From positions 64,001 to 128,000 of the forward strand of contig CAWGLD010000007.1 in assembly GCA_963823335.1 (NCBI GenBank): DNA of 64,000 nucleotides, given 5' to 3'. The stretch's first letter is position 1. Each line of letters opens with the position of its first letter. Below are positions 41,773 to 52,174 of the stretch, piece by piece. The DNA comes from an uncultured delta proteobacterium. GTDB taxonomy: Bacteria > Desulfobacterota > Desulfobacteria > Desulfobacterales > B30-G6. Both the position numbers and the translations under genes were made by a program. The notes below the pieces were generated by a model. That model was not told the DNA's origin and made no database searches. It saw nothing but the letters and a program-made list of their open reading frames with translations.

Positions 41773-41813
41773 AAAAATGTTTACCCGCCTGTTTGTGGCG
41801 GGTAAACATTTTT
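41773..41813. terminator. Intrinsic terminator downstream of pssA
   Basis: AAAAATGTTTACCCGCC-loop-GGCGGGTAAACATTTTT perfect hairpin. Confidence 0.75.
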
Positions 41814-41863
41814 GATTCTTTTCCCAAGACCCCCCGAACCTTTCATTATCCAAACACATATTG

Positions 41864-42646
41864 TCAGGTTCGATGCGAAGTGTTTTCTTTTCCCTTTATC
41901 TTCCCGGCTTCTTTCTGTCTGATATGCCTATAGCGCTTCAACATCACAACAGGCCCGGACAGAACGTAAATACTCCCACAAAGAAACAGCGCAATGGAAG
42001 GTTGGGAAGCAATAAAGATAAATATCAATATGGCAATTACCAACGAATTGAAATTCATCTTCCTGAACAGTTCCGGTTTTTTGAAGCTGTTGTACTTGAT
42101 GGAACTGACCATCAAAAAGGAAAGACTGTAGAGCATGATTAAAATAAGAATAGCGTTGGTATTCCCCACGATGTTCAATTTATGAAAGATCAGAACAGTG
42201 ACGGCATTCATGCCTGCACCCGCAGGTATCGGCAGACCGACGAAATGATCACTGTTGACCGTTTCAATCTGGGTGTTGAAACGAGCCAGGCGCAGGGCGC
42301 CGCATGCCATGAACAAAAAGGCCGCCAGCCAGCCGATTCTTCCCAAAGGTCTCAAGGCCCACAGATAAATCATCAAACCAGGGGCGATTCCAAAGGAAAT
42401 CAGATCAGCCAGAGAATCATATTCAATCCCGAATTTACTTGTAGTGCCTGTGGCCCGGGCGATTTTCCCATCGAGGTTGTCGAAGACGCCGGCAATGATA
42501 ATCGCTATGGCAGCGGCAACAAATTTACCGTCAATGGAGGCAATCACTGCATAGAAACCACAGAACAGGTTCATGGATGTAAACATGTTCGGTAAAATGT
42601 AGATGCCTCTGCGAAAGTTCTCTTTTCGAAATCGTCTATTTTTCAT
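41864..42646 (-). CDS. pssA: CDP-diacylglycerol-serine O-phosphatidyltransferase
   Basis: DNLDGKIAR, DSLADLISFG and ALRLARFN motifs. Confidence 0.93.
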   Translation of the reverse strand: MKNRRFRKENFRRGIYILPNMFTSMNLFCGFYAVIASIDGKFVAAAIAIIIAGVFDNLDGKIARATGTTSKFGIEYDSLADLISFGIAPGLMIYLWALRPLGRIGWLAAFLFMACGALRLARFNTQIETVNSDHFVGLPIPAGAGMNAVTVLIFHKLNIVGNTNAILILIMLYSLSFLMVSSIKYNSFKKPELFRKMNFNSLVIAILIFIFIASQPSIALFLCGSIYVLSGPVVMLKRYRHIRQKEAGKIKGKENTSHRT

Positions 42647-43314
42647 GTCAATTTCCCTATGAGAGAAGTTCCTGCTTTGACCACATCACCGACAGTTACG
42701 GTGATCTGTGTATCAACCGGCAGGTATACATCGAGCCGTGACCCGAAACAGATCAGTCCAAATCGTTGACCCCGGATCATTGTATCGCCCTCCTGTATTC
42801 TGCAGATAATCCTTCGAGCCACAAGACCGGCAATCTGAACAAAACAGATGGTCTGACCATTTCCTGTTTTCAGAAAAACAGCATTGTGTTCGTTGAACCG
42901 GGAGGCTTTGTCCAGATTGGCCGAAAAAAATTTCCCGGGATAATAGTCCATTTTCGCTATACGCCCATCAAAAGGTACCCGGTTCACATGAACATTAAAG
43001 ACCGACATGAAAATGCTGATCTTCTGGCATGGACCTTCCACAAAATGCGTGTTCTCCAGACGCTCCACCTTGATGACCTTTCCATCGGCAGGCGACACGA
43101 CACCACCATCCAGAACGGGTGTCACCCTGTCCGGATCACGAAAAAAATAACAGATAAAGAACGTCACCAGCAAGCTCGGCAACGCCAGTACGGCAATTCC
43201 CAACAGAGCAAAAACAGCGGTGGTAAACGCGGCAACCCCTATGAAAGGGATTCCTGCCCTGTCTATGGGGAATGCAGACTGGCTGGGGTCTTCTGTCCGT
43301 GAAAATTTATTCAT
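42643..43314 (-). CDS. psd: Phosphatidylserine decarboxylase proenzyme
   Basis: FFRDPDR, SPADG, HVNRVP and FGSR motifs. Confidence 0.93.
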   Translation of the reverse strand: MNKFSRTEDPSQSAFPIDRAGIPFIGVAAFTTAVFALLGIAVLALPSLLVTFFICYFFRDPDRVTPVLDGGVVSPADGKVIKVERLENTHFVEGPCQKISIFMSVFNVHVNRVPFDGRIAKMDYYPGKFFSANLDKASRFNEHNAVFLKTGNGQTICFVQIAGLVARRIICRIQEGDTMIRGQRFGLICFGSRLDVYLPVDTQITVTVGDVVKAGTSLIGKLT

Positions 43315-43398
43315 TATTTACACCCACGCTCATGGGTTGTTTCTTGAAACTTTTTTTAATATCATTGATTCGATATCATGTCAATAATACACGGTATA

Positions 43399-44127
43399 TT
43401 ATCTGCCGTCTTGCACCTGAGCTTCAGACGCCTTGCAGGCAGGTATGTTTCCAGCATGGCGTTCAGCATCCGATCTGCGAATATAATACGGCAGCACCCC
43501 AGGCAGCTTTTGTGCTCCATTTTTCTGAAACTGCTTCAGGGCAAGTCTGGAGATGGTCTCGGCACGAATGGTGTCCCGACATGAATGCGAAAACTGAAAT
43601 AGCGGCCCCAGTGCCGCCTCAAATGTTTCCCTATAAAGACGAGCACCATTTCCGATGAACTGGCAGGACTCGCAAATATTCTTGACCAGCTCCGAGGGCG
43701 GGGCCACGCGATGCACACCAATCTGAGCCAGTTCTCCCTGTGCAGATTCATAAAGACCATAGTATACTTCGCTTCTGCGTGCGTCTATCACCGGGCAAAC
43801 TAATTTTGAGGGCAGGTCTGCCTGGGCAGCCAGAGCTGCCAGGCTGGTAACACCGACAACAGGTCTGGACAATGCATAGGCCAGACCCTTGATCGTGCCG
43901 ATACCGATACGCAGCCCTGTAAAAGTGCCGGGACCCGTAACCACAGCGAACCCATCGATTTCCTGAATAGAAATTCCGGAAGCGGCGAGGGTGTCATGGA
44001 TCATCCCCATCAGATGCCGCACATGCGTCTGGCCGTTGGCGTCGACAGATTCCGCAAGAACCTTGTCACCGTTGGCAACCCCCACGGTACAAGTAGATGT
44101 AGAGGTGTCAACTGAGAGTATCTTCAT
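43399..44127 (-). CDS. tsaB: tRNA threonylcarbamoyladenosine biosynthesis protein TsaB
   Basis: MKILSVDTST, GPGTFTGLRIG and DARRSEVY motifs. Confidence 0.93.
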   Translation of the reverse strand: MKILSVDTSTSTCTVGVANGDKVLAESVDANGQTHVRHLMGMIHDTLAASGISIQEIDGFAVVTGPGTFTGLRIGIGTIKGLAYALSRPVVGVTSLAALAAQADLPSKLVCPVIDARRSEVYYGLYESAQGELAQIGVHRVAPPSELVKNICESCQFIGNGARLYRETFEAALGPLFQFSHSCRDTIRAETISRLALKQFQKNGAQKLPGVLPYYIRRSDAERHAGNIPACKASEAQVQDGR

Positions 44128-46504
44128 GCTTTCCAATGCCACATGCAATTTCGAGCACCTGCTCCATCTGACGTACCTGGACAAAACGGATCTTTCGTTT
44201 GACATTATTGGGAATATCCACCAGATCAATTTTGTTCTTTTCCGGTATAATGATGGTTTTAATGCCAGCCCGTAATGCGCCCAACGCTTTTTCTTTCAGA
44301 CCACCGATAGGCAGTACCCTTCCCCGAAGGGTAATCTCGCCGGTCATGGCAACATTCTTGTCCACCGGATTGCCCGATAAAGTCGAAATCAGAGCGGTTG
44401 CCATGGCAATGCCTGCCGATGGACCATCTTTTGGTATGGCACCTGCCGGTACGTGGATGTGAACATCCGTATTCTCCAACGCTTCTTCATCAATACCGAA
44501 ACGTTTGAGATTTGCCCTGGCATAACTCAACGCTGCACGTGCGGATTCCTGCATAACTTCTCCCAGTTGCCCGGTAACGATCAGTTCGCCTTTGCCACCG
44601 ATAAGCGATGCCTCCACATAAAGAACCTCTCCACCCACCTGAGTCCAGGCCAGACCTGTAGACAAACCCACCTGGCTTTCCTCCTGATCCATTTCAGGAT
44701 AAAACTTTCGCACCCCCAGGTATCTATGAAGGTTGCCTCGGGTGATATTGAAGGGCTTTTTCTCGCCCTCGGCTATCTTGCGGGCAACCTTTCGACAAAG
44801 TGTACCGAGTTCCCGCTCAAGATTCCGAAGCCCGGCCTCGGAAGTATAGCCCTTGATGATATCCTCCAGCGCCCCGGAGCTCAGGGACAGCTGTTTTTTT
44901 CGTAAACCGTTCTCCTTGATCTGACGCTGCAGCAGATGCTTTTCGGCGATAACCATTTTCTCCTCTTCCGTGTAACCGGAAAGGGTCAGAATCTCCATAC
45001 GGTCAAGCAGAGCCGATGGGATGGTATCCACCATATTGGCAGTCAGGATGAACATGACATTCGACAGATCAAACGGAAGATTGAGGTAGTGATCACTGAA
45101 AGCATTATTCTGCTCGGGGTCGAGTGCTTCCAGCAGAGCCGATGACGGATCACCTCTGAAGTCCGAACCGACCTTGTCGATCTCATCCAGAATAAAAACC
45201 GGGTTTCTGGAGCCACACTGCTTCAGGCCCTGGAGAATTCTTCCCGGTAGTGCGCCCACATAAGTTCGCCGGTGGCCACGTATCTCAGCTTCATCCCGGA
45301 TTCCCCCCAGAGAAATCCGTGTAAATTTCCGTTTCATGGCCTTGGCAATGGACTGACCCAGGGATGTCTTCCCCACACCCGGAGGCCCCACAAAACAGAG
45401 GATCGGCCCTTTTGTTTTCTTGTTGAGCTTGCGAACGCTCAAGTATTCCAGAATGCGGTCCTTTATTTTTTCGAGTCCGAAATGATCCTTGTCCAGGACC
45501 TCTTTGGCCTTCACAATATCGATCATGTCTTTGGTGGATTTCTGCCATGGCATTTCCACCAACCAGTCCAGATAAGATCTCACAACGCCGGACTCGGCAG
45601 AATCCGGATGCATCTGCTCGAGCCTTTTCAGCTGTTTGAAGGCCTCCTGTTCGGCTTCTCTGGACATTTTCGCTTTTTTGATCTTGGCCTTGTATTCCTG
45701 AACCTCTTTGCCCTTTTCATCCAACTCGCCCAGTTCCCGGTGTATGGCTCTGACCTGCTCTCGAAGAAAATAATCCCGTTGACTCTTGGAAATCTCGTCC
45801 TTGACATCGGACTGGATTTTAGCCTGCATCGCCGAGAGTTCAAGCTCCTTGGCAATCAGATCATTGACTTTCCGAAGCCGCTCAATGGGGTTAATCAGTT
45901 CAAGAAGCTGTTGAGCCTCATCAATTTTCAATTTCAAATTGGAGGCCACCAGATCGGCTAACTTCCCGGGATCGTCGATACTTTCGAGTATGGCGCTGAC
46001 ATCGCCTGTCAATTCACCCCGGAGTGCCAGAATCTTTTCTGAATGATCACGGATAATACGCATCAGCGCTTTGGTCTCCAGATCAGGCTGCTCCATGGAC
46101 TCCTCTTTGAGGATGTCGATATTGACCCGAAAAAGTGATCGTTTGCGAACATATTTCTTGATTTTTGCCTTGGCAATACCCTGAACCAGCGCTTTAACCC
46201 GTCCATCCGGCAGTTTCAGCATGCGCAAAATTTTACAGACGGTTCCGATGGTATAGATATCGCCCTCCTTGGGGTTCTCGATACCGGGTTCTGTCTGCGT
46301 CGCCACCAGCAGAAAGCGCGTTTTGGAAACCGCCTCCTCTACAGCGCGCACCGACTTTTCTCTGCCGACAAAAAGCGGCAGCAGCATATCGGTAAAAATG
46401 ACGACATCCCGTACCGGCATCAAAGGAAGTGTTTTGGGGATCTCTTCCTCCAGCCCGTCATCCTCAATAATACTGATTAAATCGTCTTTATCTGTTTCAG
46501 CCAT
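44108..46504 (-). CDS. lon: ATP-dependent protease La
   Basis: GPPGVGKTS and PKDGPSAG motifs. Confidence 0.97.
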   Translation of the reverse strand: MAETDKDDLISIIEDDGLEEEIPKTLPLMPVRDVVIFTDMLLPLFVGREKSVRAVEEAVSKTRFLLVATQTEPGIENPKEGDIYTIGTVCKILRMLKLPDGRVKALVQGIAKAKIKKYVRKRSLFRVNIDILKEESMEQPDLETKALMRIIRDHSEKILALRGELTGDVSAILESIDDPGKLADLVASNLKLKIDEAQQLLELINPIERLRKVNDLIAKELELSAMQAKIQSDVKDEISKSQRDYFLREQVRAIHRELGELDEKGKEVQEYKAKIKKAKMSREAEQEAFKQLKRLEQMHPDSAESGVVRSYLDWLVEMPWQKSTKDMIDIVKAKEVLDKDHFGLEKIKDRILEYLSVRKLNKKTKGPILCFVGPPGVGKTSLGQSIAKAMKRKFTRISLGGIRDEAEIRGHRRTYVGALPGRILQGLKQCGSRNPVFILDEIDKVGSDFRGDPSSALLEALDPEQNNAFSDHYLNLPFDLSNVMFILTANMVDTIPSALLDRMEILTLSGYTEEEKMVIAEKHLLQRQIKENGLRKKQLSLSSGALEDIIKGYTSEAGLRNLERELGTLCRKVARKIAEGEKKPFNITRGNLHRYLGVRKFYPEMDQEESQVGLSTGLAWTQVGGEVLYVEASLIGGKGELIVTGQLGEVMQESARAALSYARANLKRFGIDEEALENTDVHIHVPAGAIPKDGPSAGIAMATALISTLSGNPVDKNVAMTGEITLRGRVLPIGGLKEKALGALRAGIKTIIIPEKNKIDLVDIPNNVKRKIRFVQVRQMEQVLEIACGIGKHEDTLS

Positions 46505-46783
46505 CTGTGTTCCTGGTTCCTTTCTTCCAAGTTGAGCGCTTCAATTTTATACCGCTTGTCATAATACTGGTCCGAAAATAGGATGGCGGCATAAGGGGTT
46601 GTAGCAGAAAAAAGGTCCTCAATCGGAACGTTTTTCTGACAACCCCTATAAAGCAAATTAAACACACTACTATAAGACCGAAATCTTTTATTACAATACC
46701 CATCATAAAATCATCACAGGTATTGAGGGTCATACCATTATCATTTACAAAATTTGTAAATTATGGCATAGACACGCGGTAAT

Positions 46784-47545
46784 ATGATAGAATTTATTTT
46801 ATTCATTTTCGGAATTTGTGTCGGCAGTTTTCTAAATGTATGCATATACAGACTGCCCAATTCCAAATCGATCGTATATCCCCCGTCTGCCTGTCCCGGG
46901 TGCAATACCCCCATCCGCTTTTATGACAACATTCCCATCCTCAGCTTTCTTCTGCTCAGGGGGAAGTGCCGCACTTGTAAGGCGGTTATTTCAATTCGTT
47001 ATCCCCTGGTTGAATTGATGACCGGTCTGTTTGCCGTTTGTGCTTATCTTAAATTCGGCCTCACACTGGAAGCCCTGATCATGTATCTCTTTATTGCATC
47101 ACTGATCGTAATTACCTTCATTGATATCGATCACCGCATTATTCCCGATCTCATATCCCTGCCGGGCATCCCCATCGGTTTTGCCGCTTCCTTTTTTTCT
47201 CCGGCGATCACGTATATGGAATCCCTGCTCGGAATACTGGTGGGGGGCGGCAGTCTGCTGATCGTGGCGTGGGTTTACAAGCTGATCACACACAAAGAAG
47301 GCATGGGTGGCGGAGACATCAAACTTCTGGCCATGATCGGTGCATTTGTGGGGTGGCAGGGTGTGCTGCTGACGGTATTTCTTTCGTCGGCTATCGGAAC
47401 CCTCTGCGGCCTGCTGGTCATGGTCCGGTCAGGAAAAAACATGAAACTGGCAATTCCTTTCGGTCCATTTCTCGCCACGGGGACCATGATACATATTTTT
47501 TTTGGCAAGGAGTTGATTTTCTGGTATTTTTACACTTTGACCTAA
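46784..47545 (+). CDS. pilD: Prepilin peptidase
   Basis: GSFLNVCIYRLP, CxxC pairs, GMGGGDIK and PFGPFL motifs. Confidence 0.93.
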   Translation: MIEFILFIFGICVGSFLNVCIYRLPNSKSIVYPPSACPGCNTPIRFYDNIPILSFLLLRGKCRTCKAVISIRYPLVELMTGLFAVCAYLKFGLTLEALIMYLFIASLIVITFIDIDHRIIPDLISLPGIPIGFAASFFSPAITYMESLLGILVGGGSLLIVAWVYKLITHKEGMGGGDIKLLAMIGAFVGWQGVLLTVFLSSAIGTLCGLLVMVRSGKNMKLAIPFGPFLATGTMIHIFFGKELIFWYFYTLT

Positions 47546-47571
47546 ATTGAGCGCTTCCGGACCTGAATAAG

Positions 47572-48297
47572 ATGAGATTAGCAATCATATCCGATATCCA
47601 TGGCAATATGGACGCACTGGATGAAGTCTTTGCAGATATTGAAAAATCCAGTGTCGATGCCACCATATGCCTGGGTGATATGGTGGGATACGGCCCAGAA
47701 CCTGAAGCGGTGATCCAGGCAATCCGTGAACGGAACATTTCTACCCTGATGGGAAACCATGAACTATCCATTCTCGATCCAAAATACCTTGCCTGGTTCA
47801 ACCCCCTGGCCCGGCTATCGATACAGAAAACCATACCGATGCTCTCTGAAAAATCCCTTGACTTCATCGCCAGCCTGAAAACATTCGTCTCCCAAGGTCA
47901 GGCCAGGTTTGTGCATGGCTTCCCTCCGGATTCTGTCATTACGTATCTTTTCCAGATCGAAGAACCGGCCTTTTGCAGTGCTTTTGAATCCCTGTCGGAA
48001 AATTTGTGTTTTGTGGGCCACACGCACAAACTCGAATTCGTAAGCTACAAGGACGGTACTGTGATACGAGGCCCCTTGATTAAGGGCGTAATGCAATTGC
48101 GTAAAGAAAAAAAATATATTATCAATGTAGGCAGTGTGGGGCAGCCCAGAGATGGCAACAACACCGCCAAATACGCCATTTGGGATCAAACTGAAAACCT
48201 CATCCAGGTTAAATTTATACCGTATCATATCGCCAAGGTCACCAATAAAATCATTGAGGCGGGTCTGCCTGATGCCCATGCCGAGAGGTTGTGGTAA
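47572..48297 (+). CDS. Metallophosphoesterase
   Basis: SDIHGN, LGD, GNHE, GHTH and GSVGQPRD motifs. Confidence 0.92.
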   Translation: MRLAIISDIHGNMDALDEVFADIEKSSVDATICLGDMVGYGPEPEAVIQAIRERNISTLMGNHELSILDPKYLAWFNPLARLSIQKTIPMLSEKSLDFIASLKTFVSQGQARFVHGFPPDSVITYLFQIEEPAFCSAFESLSENLCFVGHTHKLEFVSYKDGTVIRGPLIKGVMQLRKEKKYIINVGSVGQPRDGNNTAKYAIWDQTENLIQVKFIPYHIAKVTNKIIEAGLPDAHAERLW

Positions 48298-48505
48298 TGA
48301 AATCGCTCTGCGATTTCATCTGGCGCGGCTTCGCCGCTTATTAGAAGCCATCTCAAAAGTAGGATTTAGGCCAAAAGACATTTTTTAGATAGCTTCTATA
48401 GACAAATGGCTGTAGGTTTTAACATAGAAAGCAATTAGCCCATATCTGGAAGCAATCAGTTCTGCTAACAGCCTATTGCTTACAGCTATCGAAGGAGTCA
48501 ATTGA

Positions 48506-49111
48506 ATGCAAAAAACAATCAAATCAATATATGTAATCATGATCCTGTCCATTGTCATGGCTGCTTCACCGGCCATGGCCAGATCTTATCATTTTGAGAT
48601 GTATGCCAATACCAATGATGTTGTACTGGGGCTTGAATCGGAAGCGCCCATAGCGGAGGAGGCCGTTCTCAATATCGGCGGCGGGCTCATCTTCAGCAAT
48701 GAGGACTACACTATCGGCAATCTACATTTTTCTCTGAAAGGAGAGGCCTTTAGGCCTGCCCTGACCCTTGGACTGGGTTTAAAAGGTGTTCTGGGAACGG
48801 CAGAGAATGGCAATGATGACTATGATCTGGCAGGCCTGGGATTTGTCGTTCTAGGCGAGTACGACTTCAGGAAAGTCTATTATAATTTCCCCGTCGTCGT
48901 GCTGAGCGATATCACTTTTGCACCCGCCACTTTGGCATTCGGGGATACGGACGACTACACCGAGTTCAATCTGCGTGCAAAGGGATATATTGTTCAATCT
49001 GCAGCCCTTGTTCTGGGTTATAAGAAAATCGTGGTCAATTTCGACAAAGGCTCCGATGATTACAAACTCTCAGATGATATGTTTTATTTTGGATTTGAAT
49101 TTGCGTTTTGA
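48506..49111 (+). CDS. YfaZ-like outer-membrane protein
   Basis: Signal peptide, beta-strand pattern and C-terminal Phe. Confidence 0.65.
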   Translation: MQKTIKSIYVIMILSIVMAASPAMARSYHFEMYANTNDVVLGLESEAPIAEEAVLNIGGGLIFSNEDYTIGNLHFSLKGEAFRPALTLGLGLKGVLGTAENGNDDYDLAGLGFVVLGEYDFRKVYYNFPVVVLSDITFAPATLAFGDTDDYTEFNLRAKGYIVQSAALVLGYKKIVVNFDKGSDDYKLSDDMFYFGFEFAF

Positions 49112-49118
49112 GGTGCCA

Positions 49119-49171
49119 TAAGCAGTAAGCAGTAAGCTCTAAACTGCTTACCGCTTACTGCTTACTGCTTA
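49119..49171. repeat. Inverted heptamer tandem-repeat hairpin
   Basis: (TAAGCAG)n facing (CTGCTTA)n between convergent genes; the last unit supplies the mrp stop codon. Confidence 0.85.
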
Positions 49172-50014
49172 TTGGATCAACCGCGCCACCTTGTCGGCGA
49201 TGCTGGATATTGCCTTTGCCGCCTCCGAGTCTGCATATTTCTCCTGGATGGAACAGCCATCATCACTGCAGGCCACGACTTTGGGATCCATGGGTATTCT
49301 TCCCAGAAAGGGTATACTGGCCGCCGCCGCTGTTCTCTCTCCACCACCCGACCCGAAAATATCCACTTTCTCACCGCAGTGCGGGCATACAAATCCGCTC
49401 ATGTTTTCGATCATTCCAAAAATCTCCATTTTCACGGTATTGCAGAAACTGATGGATTTGCGGACATCTGCCAGGGAAACCTCCTGGGGCGTCGTCACGA
49501 TGATGGCCTTGGCATCCTTGATGGTCTGAGCAATGGTGAGGGGTTCATCACCGGTACCTGGCGGTGAATCGATGATCAAAAAATCAAGATTGCCCCATTC
49601 CACATCACCGATAAACTGTTTGATGGCTGAATACTTGATGGGTCCCCGCCATATAATGGCGTCATCCTTGCTCGCGGTCAGTGATTCAATGGAGATAACC
49701 TTTAGATTTTCCATGCGGCGCATGGGTTCAAGTTTTTTACCGCTGCTCAAATCGAGCATGCCCTTGAGCCCAAGCATTCTGGGAACATCCGGTCCATGCA
49801 GATCGACATCCATGATACCCACCTGATAACCTTTGTTGGCCAGCGCAATGGCAAGGTTGATGGACGTGCTGGTTTTACCGACCCCGCCTTTGCCGCTCAT
49901 GACGATGAGTTTGTGCTTGATATTTTTCAATGTTTTTTCTACGGCGGCATCCTGTTCCGCCTGAGGATTTTTTTTCTGACTTGCTGAGTTCATGCTTTCG
50001 TGTATCTGGGCCAT
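49169..50014 (-). CDS. mrp: Mrp/NBP35 (ApbC) Fe-S carrier ATPase
   Basis: SGKGGVGK, DSPPGTGD and ENMSGFVCPHC motifs. Confidence 0.92.
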   Translation of the reverse strand: MAQIHESMNSASQKKNPQAEQDAAVEKTLKNIKHKLIVMSGKGGVGKTSTSINLAIALANKGYQVGIMDVDLHGPDVPRMLGLKGMLDLSSGKKLEPMRRMENLKVISIESLTASKDDAIIWRGPIKYSAIKQFIGDVEWGNLDFLIIDSPPGTGDEPLTIAQTIKDAKAIIVTTPQEVSLADVRKSISFCNTVKMEIFGMIENMSGFVCPHCGEKVDIFGSGGGERTAAAASIPFLGRIPMDPKVVACSDDGCSIQEKYADSEAAKAISSIADKVARLIQ

Positions 50015-50175
50015 GGTGACCTTCTCCTTTTTGATATGTCCCAAGCTGAGCAATTGCCGATCTACCGCATCTAGGGCATCAAATGCCACCCCATTGTTCA
50101 CTATAGCGGAACAGCATCTTCCTTGTAGCTACGGCAACCTCGACAATCCCTCAACTTAGGTTTGTCTTGGTGATT

Positions 50176-50598
50176 CTATTTCCGATTTTGAGTCGTTCGA
50201 TAAAAATCAATGCTCCTACATGACGGACAGTGATTCGGCCGCCCTGTGCCAAAGGGTTCTTTCCATTCATGGTGACAGGTCTGGCACTCAAATCGACGGA
50301 TGTCATCCATCATTTTATAAGAGCCGCCTTCCACCCGGACAGCTTTGCCGTTGATGATGGCATCGGCAATTGTTTTTCTGGCCCGCTGGACGATTCTGCC
50401 GAAAGTCGCCCTGGAAACGCCCATCTGACTGCCGGCCAATTCATGGGACATGTTTTCCAGGTCAGCCAGCCGAATGGACTCCCTTTCATCAACAGTAAGA
50501 CAGACCTCTTCCAAATCAAGTACCGGTATACCCCGTGGTTTGAAGTAATTGATTTTGGGGTTGAATCCAACCAGTCGATCCTTTTTTGGTCTTACCAT
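50176..50598 (-). CDS. DUF134 DNA-binding protein with C-terminal Zn ribbon
   Basis: YFKPRG, ESIRLAD and MGVSRATF motifs; CxxC...CPxC. Confidence 0.85.
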   Translation of the reverse strand: MVRPKKDRLVGFNPKINYFKPRGIPVLDLEEVCLTVDERESIRLADLENMSHELAGSQMGVSRATFGRIVQRARKTIADAIINGKAVRVEGGSYKMMDDIRRFECQTCHHEWKEPFGTGRPNHCPSCRSIDFYRTTQNRK

Positions 50599-50638
50599 GG
50601 CGTCTCCATTATAAGCAAATGCTCATTATAATCCTTTT

Positions 50639-51256
50639 TCATTCGAATGCAAATAAATAGTTGAGTCCGTCCCTCAGGAACAGCACCCCGAATCCGATCA
50701 GAACCAGTCCCAGTAATCTGATAATCATTTTATAGTGGCGACTTTTCAAAAGGTTTCGGGATCTTCCCGAAACAATTGCTATCACGATTTTGGATCCCAC
50801 CAGCAGCACATAAAAAGGAAAGATAAAGGCGGCAGCTGAAACAAGCGACGTGCTGGATGCTTTTAAAACAAGGGGTCCGCCGATGGATGTCCAAAACATA
50901 TAGGGACTAGGGTTCAGGAAATTGACCATCAGACCCTTTTTAAGGGATTTGGGATCGACATCTTCCTGGAGATTCACGGTCTTGAAACGGACACTGTTCA
51001 GGCCAAGATAAAACAGATACAGTCCTCCGAACATGGATATCACACCCAGGGCAGGTGCCATGTCTGAAAAAACGGATAGAAACAGTAGACATGCGATGAC
51101 AATCGGTGTGTCCGTCAACAAGGGGGCCAGAGCTACTTTGACCCCCTCCCGGATGCCATGTTTGAGGGTCTGGGAGATAACCAGGGTGAGCATGGGACCG
51201 GGGGACAATCCCGCACTCAGCCCCAATATCATTCCCGAAATAAACAGGGACTTCAT
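50639..51256 (-). CDS. LysE family translocator
   Basis: SPGP and NFLNP motifs; hydrophobic helices. Confidence 0.85.
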   Translation of the reverse strand: MKSLFISGMILGLSAGLSPGPMLTLVISQTLKHGIREGVKVALAPLLTDTPIVIACLLFLSVFSDMAPALGVISMFGGLYLFYLGLNSVRFKTVNLQEDVDPKSLKKGLMVNFLNPSPYMFWTSIGGPLVLKASSTSLVSAAAFIFPFYVLLVGSKIVIAIVSGRSRNLLKSRHYKMIIRLLGLVLIGFGVLFLRDGLNYLFAFE

Positions 51257-52062
51257 TCTTTGATACCCTGATTCATGCTGCCCTGAACATACCCTGCCAG
51301 ATCGACAGCAATAAAGGAGAATCCGATCTTTTTCATTTTTTCCACCAGATTTCGGCGCAGGGCACTATCCTGAAAGCGGGGGATATCTGCCTCCGAAACC
51401 TCGATGCGGGCGATGGTATCATGATACCTGACCCGGCAGGAGCGAAAACCTTCCCTATGGAGCACCGTTTCAGCGGCGTCCACCATTTCAAGCCGCCTCC
51501 CGGTCAATCGGGTGCCATAGGGTATGCGGGATGCCAGACAGGCCATGGCCGGTTTATCCCAGGTACTCAGGTTGAGTTGTTTGGAAAGAACCCGGATCTC
51601 CTGTTTTCCGAGACCCGCCTCCAGTAAGGGTGCCACGATTCCCAACTCGTCGGCAGCCCGAAAACCTGGCCGAAAATCCTGCAGATCATCTGCATTGGCA
51701 CCATGGGCCACATGGGCCAAACCCAATTCTTGTGCCATGGACAATAAATCCTGAAAAAGAAATCGCTTGCAGCGATAACACCTGTCACGATCGTTCTTGA
51801 CGAAAACGGTGTCCTCCAGCGCCCGGCCTTTGATGGTGACATGCTGTACACCCATAGCTCTGGCCTGTTCCATGGCAGCTTCTTTTTCATGGGCCGGCTG
51901 AAGAGCAGATATCGCCGTAACGGCAACGACCCGGTCTTTTAGCACATCGTGTGATATCTTCAGCAGGAGTGTGCTGTCAACGCCTCCGGAGAAAGCAACC
52001 AGAACCGATTTCAAGGCAGTGATTCTTCTCATGAGGGCTGTTTTCTTTTGTGCTAAATCCAA
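51253..52062 (-). CDS. larE: ATP-dependent sacrificial sulfur transferase LarE
   Basis: AFSGGVDS, RCYRCK and ACLASRIPYG motifs. Confidence 0.9.
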   Translation of the reverse strand: MDLAQKKTALMRRITALKSVLVAFSGGVDSTLLLKISHDVLKDRVVAVTAISALQPAHEKEAAMEQARAMGVQHVTIKGRALEDTVFVKNDRDRCYRCKRFLFQDLLSMAQELGLAHVAHGANADDLQDFRPGFRAADELGIVAPLLEAGLGKQEIRVLSKQLNLSTWDKPAMACLASRIPYGTRLTGRRLEMVDAAETVLHREGFRSCRVRYHDTIARIEVSEADIPRFQDSALRRNLVEKMKKIGFSFIAVDLAGYVQGSMNQGIKE

Positions 52063-52174
52063 TGCCTGACTCTCATTAAAAAAATGTTTACAAAAAGGTC
52101 TTGATAATTTATAGTTTTTAACAATTCGAAACGTTCTTATACGTCAATTTCATTGTATTTTAAAGGGGTTTTTC

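Noticed and set aside
49130-49150. CTCTAAA resembling a tRNA-Pyl anticodon loop
   Set aside because: It is the loop of a tandem-repeat hairpin, with no cloverleaf, acceptor stem or T-arm.
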